Positions 17,777 to 28,220 are shown, counted from the stretch's first letter. The stretch is DNA of 64,000 bases from an uncultured Alphaproteobacteria bacterium (GCA_910584385.1 CAJUAK010000003.1:9206-73205); one strand, 5' to 3'. The notes: generated by a model from the sequence alone, not told the origin. A program made the numbers and translations.

Positions 17777-18872
17777 TTATACCTTACGCGCTAAAGCCGC
17801 TGCTAAAAACATATCAATTTCCCCATCCAAAACAGCTTTGGTGTCTGAGGTTTCCGCTTCTGTCCGCAAATCCTTTACCATTTTATACGGTTGCAGGACA
17901 TAAGAACGAATCTGGTGCCCCCAGCCGATATCCGTCTGCGCCTCCCTTTGCGCTTCAGCGGCTTCTTCCCGCTTGGCCAGCTCGATTTCATAAAGGCGCG
18001 CCTTTAACATATTCCATGCGGTTTCCCGGTTTTGAAACTGAGACCGCTGGGTTTGGCATTGGACGACTATCCCGGTCGGAATATGCGTGATGCGCACGGC
18101 AGAGTCCGTCTTGTTGATGTGCTGCCCGCCGGCACCTGACGCACGATAAGTGTCAACGCGGCAATCTGCTTCATTGACGTTAATTTCTATTTTGTCATCA
18201 ATAACCGGATAAACGCCGACAGAAGCAAAACTCGTGTGGCGGCGCGCACCGCTGTCAAAAGGGGAAATGCGCACCAAACGGTGGACACCTGTTTCATGCT
18301 TGAGCCAGCCATAAGCATTATGCCCGCAAATTTTTACCGTAACAGATTTCAGGCCGGCAACCTCGCCTTCCGTTTCTTCCAGATATTCTACTTTATATTT
18401 ATGGCTTTCTGCCCAACGGGTATACATGCGCAGAAGCATTTCCGCCCAATCCTGCGCCTCCGTACCGCCGCTGCCGGCATGGACTTCCAAAAAAGCGTCA
18501 TTATTATCGGCTTCGCCGTTAAGCAGGGCTTCTAATTCCAAACGGCGGCAAAGCGCTGCCAAATCTTTAAGGCGGGCGGCAACTTCATCGCCCATTGTTT
18601 CGTCATTGTCTGCTTCCGCGAGTTCCGCCAAATCCGCGTAATCCTGCAGAGAGGTTTCCGCTTGCCGGAATTGTCCGAGATTTTCTTCTAAAATATTTTT
18701 TTCGCCCATAAGTTTCTGCGCGCGTTCGGGATTATCCCACAAAGCGGCATCAGCCGTGAGGCTGTTTAATTCGTCTAAACGCAAAACGGCGTTGTCATAG
18801 TCAAAGAGACCTCCTCAGCAATGACAACGACTGCTTGATTTGTTCTATTGTTTCATAAATTTCAGCACGCAT
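17777..18872 (-). CDS. prfB: Peptide chain release factor 2, requires a programmed +1 frameshift
   Basis: The track ORF (17777-18784) has SPF (ISPFDS) and GGQ ([11 protein letters not shown]). The upstream frame-0 leader is ATG(18872)[23 protein letters not shown], ending at CTT TGA C. Shifting +1 continues with [13 protein letters not shown]. Confidence 0.93.
18800..18815 (-). promoter_or_regulatory. RF2 +1 frameshift site with an internal SD
   Basis: The minus strand reads AGG AGG TCT CTT TGA C. Compare the classical E. coli AGG GGG TAT CTT TGA C. Confidence 0.9.
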
Positions 18873-18884
18873 TTTAAACTTTCC

Positions 18885-21377
18885 CTAATATTCTGTACCG
18901 ACTTGAAAAGCATCGCCTTCTTCATTTTCTTCAAAGGCCGAATTATTTTTGTCTTCGCCTTCTTCGGCACTTGCCGCTTCGCCGATGACACGCTGCTTTT
19001 TATCAAAATCGTAATCAGGCTTTAAGGCTTCCGTAATCACAACCGTATCTCCCGGCGCTGCCGGTTTTCCCGTTTCATAATTTATTCTCACCAGCTTAAT
19101 GCCGGAAGGAATACGGAAAGGAATGTCCGCCTCGCCGGCCAGAGCCTCTTTCATAAAGGCATTAAATATCGGCAAAGCCGAAGCTGCACCGGTTTCCCTT
19201 TTACCCAAAGTCCGCGGTTCGTCAAACCCGACATAGACCATAACGACTAAATCCGGCGTGAAGCCGCCAAACCAGGCTTCCTGGTTTTCATTTGTCGTTC
19301 CGGTTTTGCCGGCCAGGTGTTTTCCAATTCCGCGCAGACGCGCCGCCGTTCCCCTGGTTGCCACGCCTTCCATAATCGATGTCATCTGGTATGCGCTCAG
19401 AGGGTCAATGACTTGTTCGCGGTTGTCTGCCAATTCCGGCGCCGGAATATCTTCCCAAACTTCCATATTGCAGGACGGGCATTCCTGTTTGTTTTGTTTT
19501 AGGATGGTTTTTCCCGTCCGGTCTTGAATCCGCTCAATAAAGTAAGGCGTGATTTTTTTGCCGCCGTTTACAATCATGGCATAAGCCGCAGCCAAATCGA
19601 TTACCCGGGTTTCGCCGGCACCAAGAGACATCGACAACAGATGGGGAAGATGGTCGTTCACGCCCATTTTTTTCGCATAATCCGCAACTTTCGCCATACC
19701 CAAATCCTGCGCCAGGCGCACGGTCATCAGGTTTCTTGACTTTTCAATCCCCTGGCGGAAAGTCGTCAGGCCATAAAACTTCGGCGAATAGTTTGTCGGT
19801 TTCCATTTCGGAAGCCCCGGCCCTTGGTCTAAAACAAAAGGTGCATCCAAAATAAGGTCATTGGGCGAATAGCCGTTGTCGAGCGCCGCCAAATATACAA
19901 TCGGCTTGAAAGATGAACCTGTTTGGCGCTTTGCCTGGGTTGCCCGGTTAAACTGCGACTTCTGGAAAGAATAACCGCCAACAATGGCTAAAACTTTTCC
20001 GGTATGCGGATCCAAGGCGACCAAACCGCCGTCAACATCGGGAACCTGCCGCAATTCGTAGCTGCCTTTTGCCAGCTTTTTGGAGGCAAGTTCTTTTTCG
20101 CCGACCGGTTCAACATAAATGACATCGCCCTTTTTTAGGACATCCGCCACAGATTTCGGCGCAACGCCGATGGCCTGATTCTTTAACGTTTTTCCCGCCC
20201 AGGACAAGAGGCTTAAAGGGATGAGGCCTTTTTGCCCGTCAAGCGTTTCTATTTCCGCCTGGTTGGCACTTACCTCCGTTACGACGGCTGTTTTCCAAGT
20301 GGAATCAGCTCCCTTTGGCATATCGATTTTTTCCAGGCGCTCCTGCCAGCCTTCACCCAATTCTATATTCGCAACAGCCCCCCGGAATCCGTGGCGGCGG
20401 TCATAATTTTTAATTTCTTCCCGAAAAACTTTTGTGGCAATGTTTTGCAATTTCGGATCCAAGGTCGTCCGGATAATCAATCCGCCTTCGTAAAGCGCGT
20501 CATCGCCAAAATCCTTGCTGACCCTGCGGCGGACTTCTTCGCTGAAATATTGGGCATTGTCAACAAATTCTTTGCGGTTGTCAATGGTCTCCAAAGGCGC
20601 CGCCTGAGCTTTTTCGGCTTCTTTTTGAGTTATATAGCCATCTTCCAGCATGCGCCCGATAACCCAGTTGCGCCGGATGACCGCCGCGTCATGCTTGGTT
20701 TTGGGATTATAATTGTTTGGGCCTTTGGGCAAGGCGGCAAGGTAAGCGGCTTCTTCAATGCTCAGCTCGTCCAAAGATTTTCCGAAATAATTTAAAGCGG
20801 CCGCTGCAACGCCGTAAGAACGGTTTCCCAAATAAATTTCATTTAAATACAATTCCAGGATATGATTTTTCGTAAAAGCCTGTTCCATGCGCGTTGCCAG
20901 GATTGCTTCCTTAATTTTGCGGGTATATGAAACCTCGGAAGAAAGCAAAAAGTTTTTGGCAACCTGCTGCGTGATTGTGGAAGCTCCCGCCGGACGGCGC
21001 CCCCTGCCGATATTTTTTATATTTCCCAAAACGGCGCGCATAATTCCCATATAGTCAATGCCCGAATGGGTATAAAAATTTTTATCTTCGGCAGCGATAA
21101 ACGCATTTTTAACACGTTCCGGAATTTTTTCCACGGGGACGAAGAGCCTTTTTTCTGCGGCATATTCCATCATAAGCTGCCCGTCTCCGGCAAAAAGGCG
21201 GGTTGTTACCGGCGGCTGGTATTTTTCCAGCTGGTGGTAATCAGGCAGCTGCGCCGAGTACTCCCACAAAGAGCTTATTAAAACAACAAATACAATAACG
21301 GCAAAGAAAAATACCGTGCTTAAAAAGGAAGACAACGTCTTAAACATCTGACAACCTAAATCTATAACGTGAATCAC
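18885..21377 (-). CDS. mrcA: Penicillin-binding protein 1A (bifunctional transglycosylase/transpeptidase)
   Basis: GT51 motifs EDKNFYTHSGID and RKIKEA. Transpeptidase motifs SSFKP and KTGTTNE. An alternative start lies at 21347. Confidence 0.93.
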   Translation of the reverse strand: MIHVIDLGCQMFKTLSSFLSTVFFFAVIVFVVLISSLWEYSAQLPDYHQLEKYQPPVTTRLFAGDGQLMMEYAAEKRLFVPVEKIPERVKNAFIAAEDKNFYTHSGIDYMGIMRAVLGNIKNIGRGRRPAGASTITQQVAKNFLLSSEVSYTRKIKEAILATRMEQAFTKNHILELYLNEIYLGNRSYGVAAAALNYFGKSLDELSIEEAAYLAALPKGPNNYNPKTKHDAAVIRRNWVIGRMLEDGYITQKEAEKAQAAPLETIDNRKEFVDNAQYFSEEVRRRVSKDFGDDALYEGGLIIRTTLDPKLQNIATKVFREEIKNYDRRHGFRGAVANIELGEGWQERLEKIDMPKGADSTWKTAVVTEVSANQAEIETLDGQKGLIPLSLLSWAGKTLKNQAIGVAPKSVADVLKKGDVIYVEPVGEKELASKKLAKGSYELRQVPDVDGGLVALDPHTGKVLAIVGGYSFQKSQFNRATQAKRQTGSSFKPIVYLAALDNGYSPNDLILDAPFVLDQGPGLPKWKPTNYSPKFYGLTTFRQGIEKSRNLMTVRLAQDLGMAKVADYAKKMGVNDHLPHLLSMSLGAGETRVIDLAAAYAMIVNGGKKITPYFIERIQDRTGKTILKQNKQECPSCNMEVWEDIPAPELADNREQVIDPLSAYQMTSIMEGVATRGTAARLRGIGKHLAGKTGTTNENQEAWFGGFTPDLVVMVYVGFDEPRTLGKRETGAASALPIFNAFMKEALAGEADIPFRIPSGIKLVRINYETGKPAAPGDTVVITEALKPDYDFDKKQRVIGEAASAEEGEDKNNSAFEENEEGDAFQVGTEY

Positions 21378-21458
21378 TGGCTTTAATCTATTACAATTTA
21401 TAAAAAAATCAAAAGAAAATTTAGGCTTTTAACAAAAATAGGATGACAACTATTTTTA

Positions 21459-21486
21459 TTGACAAAATTTCCAAATTATATACAAT
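21459..21486 (+). promoter_or_regulatory. Sigma70-like promoter inside the 5' end of the track ORF
   Basis: TTGACA (21459-21464), 16-nt spacer, TACAAT (21481-21486). This argues that the real start is the ATG at 21521. Confidence 0.45.
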
Positions 21487-21520
21487 AATGCCAAAATATT
21501 TAACTCGGGGTATTTGCAAT

Positions 21521-22753
21521 ATGATTAAGTCTATTCGGGAATTACATGAAGAGCTTCATAACAAGATGCATCTTTCAAACCGGCTTAACGGTTTATTTTT
21601 AAGCGAAGCCATGGGCGACTGCGACACGATGCGCAAGGTTATCCACGCCGATAATTGCGCCACGATGCCAACTGTCAAAGCTTTTTATGATTATTACTAT
21701 CACCGCGACGAAAAAAGGCTGATGGACGACATTAACAATATTGAAAAAGAATATGAGAGTTCACGTTTTCAGGTTCGCGAATATACCGCCCGAAAAGACA
21801 TCCCGACGGAAGACGAATTTTCCAGCATGCTCAAAATTGAAAATATTTGCCGGCAAAGCCCGAAAGATTTGCAGGCCAACGAATTTTTAAGCAAAGCGGC
21901 AACCTATTATGCCATGCGCTATAAAAATATTTTTTTGGGAAATCCTAAATCCGGCTATCGGATAAACAAGCATGCCCCCGTTTTATTTCAGCCAAAAAAA
22001 TATACGGTTATTGATTTTGAAGACAGCCCGACCCCTTGGCTCGATTTAAGTTATTATGATGTCCCGCAAGATGTTTACATCACAGATATCATGCCCAGGC
22101 CGCCGGTAACGCGCCATTATAAAAATGTCAAAGTTATCGACATCTTACGTGAAATCGTGGAAAACAAACGCCAGCGCATTATTTACAACCTTCCGCAGAC
22201 GCCTAACCAGGACTTAAACAAAGCTGCTGCGGCAATTTATGAAAAAAAAGAAAATATAACCCTGAGCGATTTTACCAAAACGCTCCGGTTGCTGAACACG
22301 GACTTAATCAACGGCATGTCATCCGGCACCGGCGTTCACCCCAGCTATTTGGATGCCGTTGCCCTTATTGAAGACAAGGCAAAATACATTTTTAACAAAA
22401 TAGATTATCCAATGCAATTCGGATTTTATAAAAGCAACACCGGGCAAGAAATTTTGACTTTTTCTTACCTGACGACATTCACGCAAAAGGAATCTTTTTC
22501 AAAAGCGTCCATGAACCGCTACTTGCGGCAGGTCAGGAAAGCTCCGCATTGGACAGACGCACAAAAATATATAACCGGCGCGATTATTAAAAACAGCCGC
22601 CAGTTTTCACATATCAATAATGAATTGCTGCGCCTAAATTACATCCGGAAGCGCCCTTCCAAGGAGTATCATACATATAATGCTTATTACCAAAGGGATT
22701 TAGACAGGATAAACAATCCGATACTTCAAAGGCTGTCTGCCAAGACAAGGTAA
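21521..22753 (+). CDS. Hypothetical protein (about 410 aa), no recognisable family, no signal peptide or TM segment
   Basis: Long uninterrupted ORF (the track opens at 21443), divergent from mrcA. Rich in Tyr, Asn and Lys. Confidence 0.6.
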   Translation: MIKSIRELHEELHNKMHLSNRLNGLFLSEAMGDCDTMRKVIHADNCATMPTVKAFYDYYYHRDEKRLMDDINNIEKEYESSRFQVREYTARKDIPTEDEFSSMLKIENICRQSPKDLQANEFLSKAATYYAMRYKNIFLGNPKSGYRINKHAPVLFQPKKYTVIDFEDSPTPWLDLSYYDVPQDVYITDIMPRPPVTRHYKNVKVIDILREIVENKRQRIIYNLPQTPNQDLNKAAAAIYEKKENITLSDFTKTLRLLNTDLINGMSSGTGVHPSYLDAVALIEDKAKYIFNKIDYPMQFGFYKSNTGQEILTFSYLTTFTQKESFSKASMNRYLRQVRKAPHWTDAQKYITGAIIKNSRQFSHINNELLRLNYIRKRPSKEYHTYNAYYQRDLDRINNPILQRLSAKTR

Positions 22754-22757
22754 AATG

Positions 22758-24014
22758 CTAGAAAACCGAAGCCCTCTGCATATTCTCAAAATACTTGTCC
22801 ATCGCTTTGCGCGTGGATGATGCCAGCTTGCGCCGGTAATCCTTTTGTTTGAGAAGGCGTTCTTCATTGCGGTTTGAAAGATATCCCATTTCCAGGAGAA
22901 CCGCCGGAATATCAGGGCCTTTAAGAACGGCGAAACCAGCAAAACGGTGCGTATTATCAACCAGCTTAACAGATTTTCTCATTTCCTGAACCATAAATGT
23001 TGCAAATTCGGAAGACCTGTTCATCGTTTCCCGCTGCGCCAGGTTAATCAAAATATCCGAAACTTCCTTGGAATGCTCCGCAAAATTCAATCCGGCAATA
23101 ACGTCCGCCTTATTTTCGCGTTCTGCCAAAGCCGCCGCTTCTTTGTCTGATGCCGTTTCAGACAAAGTATAAACCGAAAGCCCGGTCGCTTTTCTGTTTA
23201 CGGCGCTGTCTGCATGAATAGACAAGAATAAATCTGCTTCATAACGGCGCGCAATTTGCACGCGCTCGCGGAGCGGGATGAATATGTCTTTGTTTCTCGT
23301 CAGGTAAACTTTATACTTTCCGCAGCTTTCCAAAATCTCTTTTAGCTCCTTTGCCATTGCCAGCGTGATATTTTTTTCATAAACACCGCTATAGCCGATG
23401 GCTCCGGGATCCTGCCCGCCGTGCCCCGGGTCCAAAACGATTATCTTTTTGCTGCTTTTGGCACCGCTGGGCTCTGCCTTTGCCTGCGAACGGGATGAAG
23501 ATGTTTTGTTTTTAACGGCATTATCATTGCCAAGAGCATTTGAAATGCCGACCCGGGAAGAAAATTCCCGTTCGCTGGCCAATTCCACATCAACAACAAA
23601 ACGCCAGCCGAAATCGCTTTGCGGCGGCAGCATAAAGGCTTTTTTTACCGTAACCGGCTTGCGAAGGTCAAAGACAATCCTCTTGCCGTTTTCAAGGCTT
23701 CCAATCCGCGTGCTTGAAATTAAATTGTTATTCTCATGTTTCTTTTCTATTTTTCCAGAAACTTCGACATTTTCAACATCAACGACCAGACGCTGCGGGT
23801 CTGTCAATAAGAAAACTTTGTAATTAAAGGCCGAATCGGCATCAAAAACGATACGCACGCTGCCAATTCCCTGCCCGATGCGCATATTATTAACCGTTGC
23901 CGCACAAACGGAATCTGGTAAAAAACAGCACGAAAAAGCCATTAAGAAAAGGCACAAAAGCCCTTTTCTCCACATATGCTTCCACCATTTTTTCCAGTTT
24001 TGCAACATATTCAA
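22758..24014 (-). CDS. amiC: N-acetylmuramoyl-L-alanine amidase with an AMIN domain
   Basis: Signal peptide, AMIN-like VRIVFD...RLVVDV, and Amidase_3 motifs VLDPGHGGQDPGAIG, SIHADS and LLEMGYLSN. Confidence 0.9.
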   Translation of the reverse strand: MNMLQNWKKWWKHMWRKGLLCLFLMAFSCCFLPDSVCAATVNNMRIGQGIGSVRIVFDADSAFNYKVFLLTDPQRLVVDVENVEVSGKIEKKHENNNLISSTRIGSLENGKRIVFDLRKPVTVKKAFMLPPQSDFGWRFVVDVELASEREFSSRVGISNALGNDNAVKNKTSSSRSQAKAEPSGAKSSKKIIVLDPGHGGQDPGAIGYSGVYEKNITLAMAKELKEILESCGKYKVYLTRNKDIFIPLRERVQIARRYEADLFLSIHADSAVNRKATGLSVYTLSETASDKEAAALAERENKADVIAGLNFAEHSKEVSDILINLAQRETMNRSSEFATFMVQEMRKSVKLVDNTHRFAGFAVLKGPDIPAVLLEMGYLSNRNEERLLKQKDYRRKLASSTRKAMDKYFENMQRASVF

Positions 24015-24426
24015 ACCTTCTTATCCATTCTTATTTCAGAATAGCAAAAACTTATTACCAATCTGTTAAAAGCAAAATTAAAAGATATGTTCAAAATTTG
24101 TGTTGTGTTTTGTAAAAAAGTGTATATTCTTGGTTGGTAGTATGTTTATGTTTTGGCTTTATCCTTTTATACACATGATATTTTTTTAGGATAAATGCGG
24201 AAACGGCCGGGAATTAGATATCAGACGGCGCATACCAGGATAAGAAAAAGTTTTGACCGGATTTTTGCCGCTTCGACATAATAAATAAGCAATAAACAGA
24301 AACGGCGCGAAATGTTGAATTTGACAATCCCTTCCCGATGCTCGGCTATCGGGAGCTTATTTAAATCCATTTCTCCGGTTGGGTATTAATATATGGCGCA
24401 GGGCGTCTGTTACGGAGTTATTATAA

Positions 24427-26880
24427 ATGATTAAAAGGATGCTGATTGACGGCACACAACCGGAGGAAACCAGGGTTGTTGTCATTAACGGAAACAAATT
24501 GGAAGATGTGGAATTCGAAACCACAAACCGCAAACAAATCAAAGGCAACATCTATATCGGAAAAGTTATGCGGGTTGAACCGTCCCTGCAGGCTTGTTTT
24601 GTTGATTATGGCGGGAACAAACACGGATTTCTAGCTTTCGGAGAAATCCACCCCGATTATTACAACGTTTCCCAAGAAGAGATTGAAGAAACAGAAAAAG
24701 AAGCCGAAGAAATCATTGAAGCCAAAAGGCAAATTATTAAAGAACGGGAAGCGGAAAGAGAACGCCTGCGCGCAGAACGTCATGCCGCTTATGAAGCGCG
24801 CCTCCAGGCAGAGCAGGAAGCCCTTGCCGCCCAAAAGGCAGAAGCGGCAGAAACCGAAACAGCCGCTGAAGAAGCGCCGTCCGCAGAATCCATCGAAGAA
24901 GCCCTATCCGCAGAACCTATCGAAGAAGCCTCGTCAGAATCCGCTGCTGCCATCCCTGGCGAAACTGCCGGCGAAGAAAAAATTTCCGAAACGGATGAGG
25001 AATCTAAAGAAGAAGCCAAGGATGACAAGCCTAAAAAAACCAAAAGAAGAGTTTATAAAAAACGCATTAAGAAACTGTTGGAAGAAGAACAAGCCAAAGA
25101 AGAATTAAAAGTTTCCTCGGCAGAAACGGATTTTGAAGAAGAAACCATCAGCGAAGAGGCTGCCGAAACAGTTACGGAAAATGCCGATGAAGATTTTGTT
25201 CCCGAAGAAGACGAAGATGATTATTCTGAACAAAATTATGAGATGCAGAAAAAACTTTTAAAACTGCGCAAGCTTTTCCATCGCCACAAGATTCAGGATG
25301 TTATCAAAGAAGGGCAGACTTTGATTGTTCAGGTCGTAAAAGAAGAACGCGGCAATAAAGGCGCGGCTTTGACGACTTATCTCTCTTTGGCCGGCAGATA
25401 CTGCGTTTTAATGCCTAACCGCATTAAAAGCGGCGGCGTTTCCCGCAAAATTACCAACGCGTCGGACCGCAACAGATTAAAAGATATTGTCAAAGAACTG
25501 CCGCTGACGACAGATATGTCAATCATTGTCCGCACGGCCGGCGAAGAAAAATCAAAACCAGATATCGTCCGCGACTACAATTACCTTATCCGCAGTTGGA
25601 ACCTTATCCGCAACGCCGCGCTTACATCAAAAATCCCCTCGCTTATCCACGAAGAGGGCGATTTGATTAAACGTGCCCTCCGCGACATCTACACAAAAGA
25701 TATTTCTGAAGTTTTGGTTGCCGGAGAAAGCGGTTATGCCGCCGCGCGGGAATTTGTAAAAATATTGTCTCCGCATAATCTTAAAAAGATTAAACTTTAC
25801 CGCAACCATGATATTCCCCTCTTTCAAAGATTTCAGGTGGAAACCCAATTAGACAAGCTGCATGAAGCAAACGCACAATTGGAATCCGGCGGCTATCTGG
25901 TCATTAACCCCACGGAAGCATTGGTTTCTATTGATGTTAACTCCGGACGGGCGACAAAAGAAAAAGATTTGGAAGAAACCGCCCTGAAAACCAATTTGGA
26001 AGCTTGTGATGAAATCGCCAGACAATTGCGCTTGCGCAACCTTGCCGGGCTTGTCGTCGTTGACTTCATTGATATGGACGAGCCTGCCAATAACCATGCT
26101 GTTGAAAAACGGATGAAAGAAGCGATGAAAAAAGACCGCTCACGCGTGCAGATTGCCAAGATGAGCTGCTTTGGGCTGCTGGAACTTTCACGCCAACGGC
26201 TGCACTCATCATTCTTTGAGAGTAATTATCAGGTATGCCCGCATTGCCACGGCAAGGGTTTGGTTCGCAATACAGAATCCTCTGCCGTATTTATCTTGAG
26301 AGAGATTGAAGAAGAAGGCATTAAAGGGCGTTCTTCTAAGCTTAATGTATTTATTCCCGGCGATGTTGCCATTTACCTGCTCAACCAAAAAAGGCAGATG
26401 CTCATCAACTTAGAACAGAAATACAAAATGAGCGTCTTTATCACGGCTGATGACACAATCAAAAACATTTCCGATTACCGGTTTGAAAGAATAAAAGCTG
26501 TTAAGCAGGCACAGCAGGAAGTAGAATCCGCCCAGGAAATTATTGATACGATTGAGAAACAAGAAGCGCCCTTGCCCAAAGAAGCCGAAACAGCAGAAAT
26601 GCCTTCAGAACAAAGCAAAGAAGACAAAAAGGAAAACCCGCGCCGGCAATCCAGAGACAACCGCCGGGGCGGCAGAAGAAGAGACCGCTTTGACCGCCGG
26701 GGCAAAAAAGAAAGCTATAAAGGCGATAACAATGCCTCAGGCAAAGAAAATGTTTCAAGTTTTGAACCTGTTATCTTGTATAACAGCCATGAAGATATTA
26801 AATCTCCTGAACCGGCCGCAGCTCCGGTGGAAGAACCCAAGGAAAAATCGACATGGTGGAAAAAACTCATCAAAGGCTAA
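24427..26880 (+). CDS. rne: Ribonuclease E
   Basis: MIKRMLIDGTQPEETRVVVI, S1 domain, EERGNKGAALTTYLSLAGRY, DVNSGR, and a CPHCHGKG Zn-link. The C-terminal segment is Arg-rich. There is a long structured 5' UTR (24015-24426). Confidence 0.95.
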   Translation: MIKRMLIDGTQPEETRVVVINGNKLEDVEFETTNRKQIKGNIYIGKVMRVEPSLQACFVDYGGNKHGFLAFGEIHPDYYNVSQEEIEETEKEAEEIIEAKRQIIKEREAERERLRAERHAAYEARLQAEQEALAAQKAEAAETETAAEEAPSAESIEEALSAEPIEEASSESAAAIPGETAGEEKISETDEESKEEAKDDKPKKTKRRVYKKRIKKLLEEEQAKEELKVSSAETDFEEETISEEAAETVTENADEDFVPEEDEDDYSEQNYEMQKKLLKLRKLFHRHKIQDVIKEGQTLIVQVVKEERGNKGAALTTYLSLAGRYCVLMPNRIKSGGVSRKITNASDRNRLKDIVKELPLTTDMSIIVRTAGEEKSKPDIVRDYNYLIRSWNLIRNAALTSKIPSLIHEEGDLIKRALRDIYTKDISEVLVAGESGYAAAREFVKILSPHNLKKIKLYRNHDIPLFQRFQVETQLDKLHEANAQLESGGYLVINPTEALVSIDVNSGRATKEKDLEETALKTNLEACDEIARQLRLRNLAGLVVVDFIDMDEPANNHAVEKRMKEAMKKDRSRVQIAKMSCFGLLELSRQRLHSSFFESNYQVCPHCHGKGLVRNTESSAVFILREIEEEGIKGRSSKLNVFIPGDVAIYLLNQKRQMLINLEQKYKMSVFITADDTIKNISDYRFERIKAVKQAQQEVESAQEIIDTIEKQEAPLPKEAETAEMPSEQSKEDKKENPRRQSRDNRRGGRRRDRFDRRGKKESYKGDNNASGKENVSSFEPVILYNSHEDIKSPEPAAAPVEEPKEKSTWWKKLIKG
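24880..24933 (+). repeat. Two tandem 27-nt copies inside the rne acidic insertion
   Basis: tccgcagaatccatcgaagaagcccta / tccgcagaacctatcgaagaagcctcg, encoding SAESIEEAL / SAEPIEEAS. Confidence 0.8.
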
Positions 26881-28220
26881 AACTTCAAAAACAGCTGCCG
26901 CTTCTTTTAGCGGCAGCATTATTTTGCACAATTTTCAGCTTTGACGCAAAAGCAATAAACCTCATTTCCGATGAAGAAAGCGAAACGCTTTTGCATAACA
27001 TCTCCCGCCCGATTTTTAAAACTGCCGGCATTAACTTTAACCCTAATGACGTATATCTTGTTAATGATAATTCCCTTAATGCCTTTGTAGGCGACGGCAA
27101 CCGCCTTTTTATTCACAGCGGGACGATCCTTGCCGCAGATAAAGTTAATGAGCTGCAAGGCGTTATTGCCCATGAAGCCGGGCATATCCAAGGCGGGCAC
27201 ATTCTCCGGCTTAAACTCAAAATGCAGTCCCTGCAGGAAGTCGGCCTGGTTTCTACAATTGTTGCCGGAACAGCCATCTTAGCAACCGGGCGACCGGATG
27301 TCGGCATGGCGGTTTTGCTCGGCAGCCAAAGTTCAGCCCTAAATAATTACAGCATTTACCAAACCAGCGAAGAACGCAGCGCCGACCAAGCCGCCAATGA
27401 AATCTTAAAAGAAAACAATGTTTCTCCTAACGGCATGCTTTCCTTCATGAAAAAGCTCAACCAGCAAAACCAGCTTAACGGGCGTGAAGAAATCCCCTAT
27501 TTTCGCACGCACCCGGTAACAAGGGAAAGGATTACCTTTTTTGAATCTTTAGTACAGGGAAATAAAGCTCCCGAAAATTCAAAATATCAGGAAGATTTTT
27601 TACGCGTTCAGGCAAAACTTTTCGCTTTTCTTAACAGTCCGCAGGCGACCAGACAAAAATACCCGGCTTCGGATAAATCTGTTCCGGCCAGATATGCCCG
27701 GGTTATTGCCGATTTTAAACAGCTTAAAATTCCTTCCGCCCAAAAAGGCATTGACGGTTTGATTTCCCTAGAGCCTAATAATCCTTATTTTCACGAGCTT
27801 AAAGGGCAGATTTATCTTGAAACGGGAAAAATAAAACAAGCCGTTGCGGAATATCAAAAAGCCTTGCAGCTAAGGCCTGGCTCAGCCCTTTTACAAGTAT
27901 CCCTGGCACAGGCGATGCTTGAAAACACACCTTCTGCCCCAGACCTGCAAAAAATTCTCTCCCTGCTCAATAAATCGCAATTAAAACGCCCTTCGGCCTT
28001 GGGATATTTGCTTTTATCCAGAGCTTACGGTGCAGCAGGAGATGATGCAAGAGCCTCTCAAAATGCGGCGGAATTCAGTTTTGCCGCCGGAGAACCCCAA
28101 ACGGCACAACGGCAAATTGAGCAAGCCCGCCTTTTGGCAAAGGGCAATAAGCAGCTTCTGACAAAGCTGGATGATTTGTCCGCCCGCGTGGCTGAAGCTT
28201 TGAAAGATAAAAATATTTAG
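26853..28220 (+). CDS. M48-family metalloprotease with TPR repeats (BepA/YfgC-like)
   Basis: HEAGHIQGGH (HExxH), a signal/TM segment, and a C-terminal TPR-like region. The annotated start overlaps rne by 28 nt. Confidence 0.8.
   Translation: MVEKTHQRLKLQKQLPLLLAAALFCTIFSFDAKAINLISDEESETLLHNISRPIFKTAGINFNPNDVYLVNDNSLNAFVGDGNRLFIHSGTILAADKVNELQGVIAHEAGHIQGGHILRLKLKMQSLQEVGLVSTIVAGTAILATGRPDVGMAVLLGSQSSALNNYSIYQTSEERSADQAANEILKENNVSPNGMLSFMKKLNQQNQLNGREEIPYFRTHPVTRERITFFESLVQGNKAPENSKYQEDFLRVQAKLFAFLNSPQATRQKYPASDKSVPARYARVIADFKQLKIPSAQKGIDGLISLEPNNPYFHELKGQIYLETGKIKQAVAEYQKALQLRPGSALLQVSLAQAMLENTPSAPDLQKILSLLNKSQLKRPSALGYLLLSRAYGAAGDDARASQNAAEFSFAAGEPQTAQRQIEQARLLAKGNKQLLTKLDDLSARVAEALKDKNI

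Noticed and set aside
24683-25108. 141-aa Lys/Pro-rich alternative-frame ORF inside rne
   Set aside because: It is a frame artefact of the GAA/AAG-rich acidic insertion. The rne frame is continuous and supported by homology on both sides.
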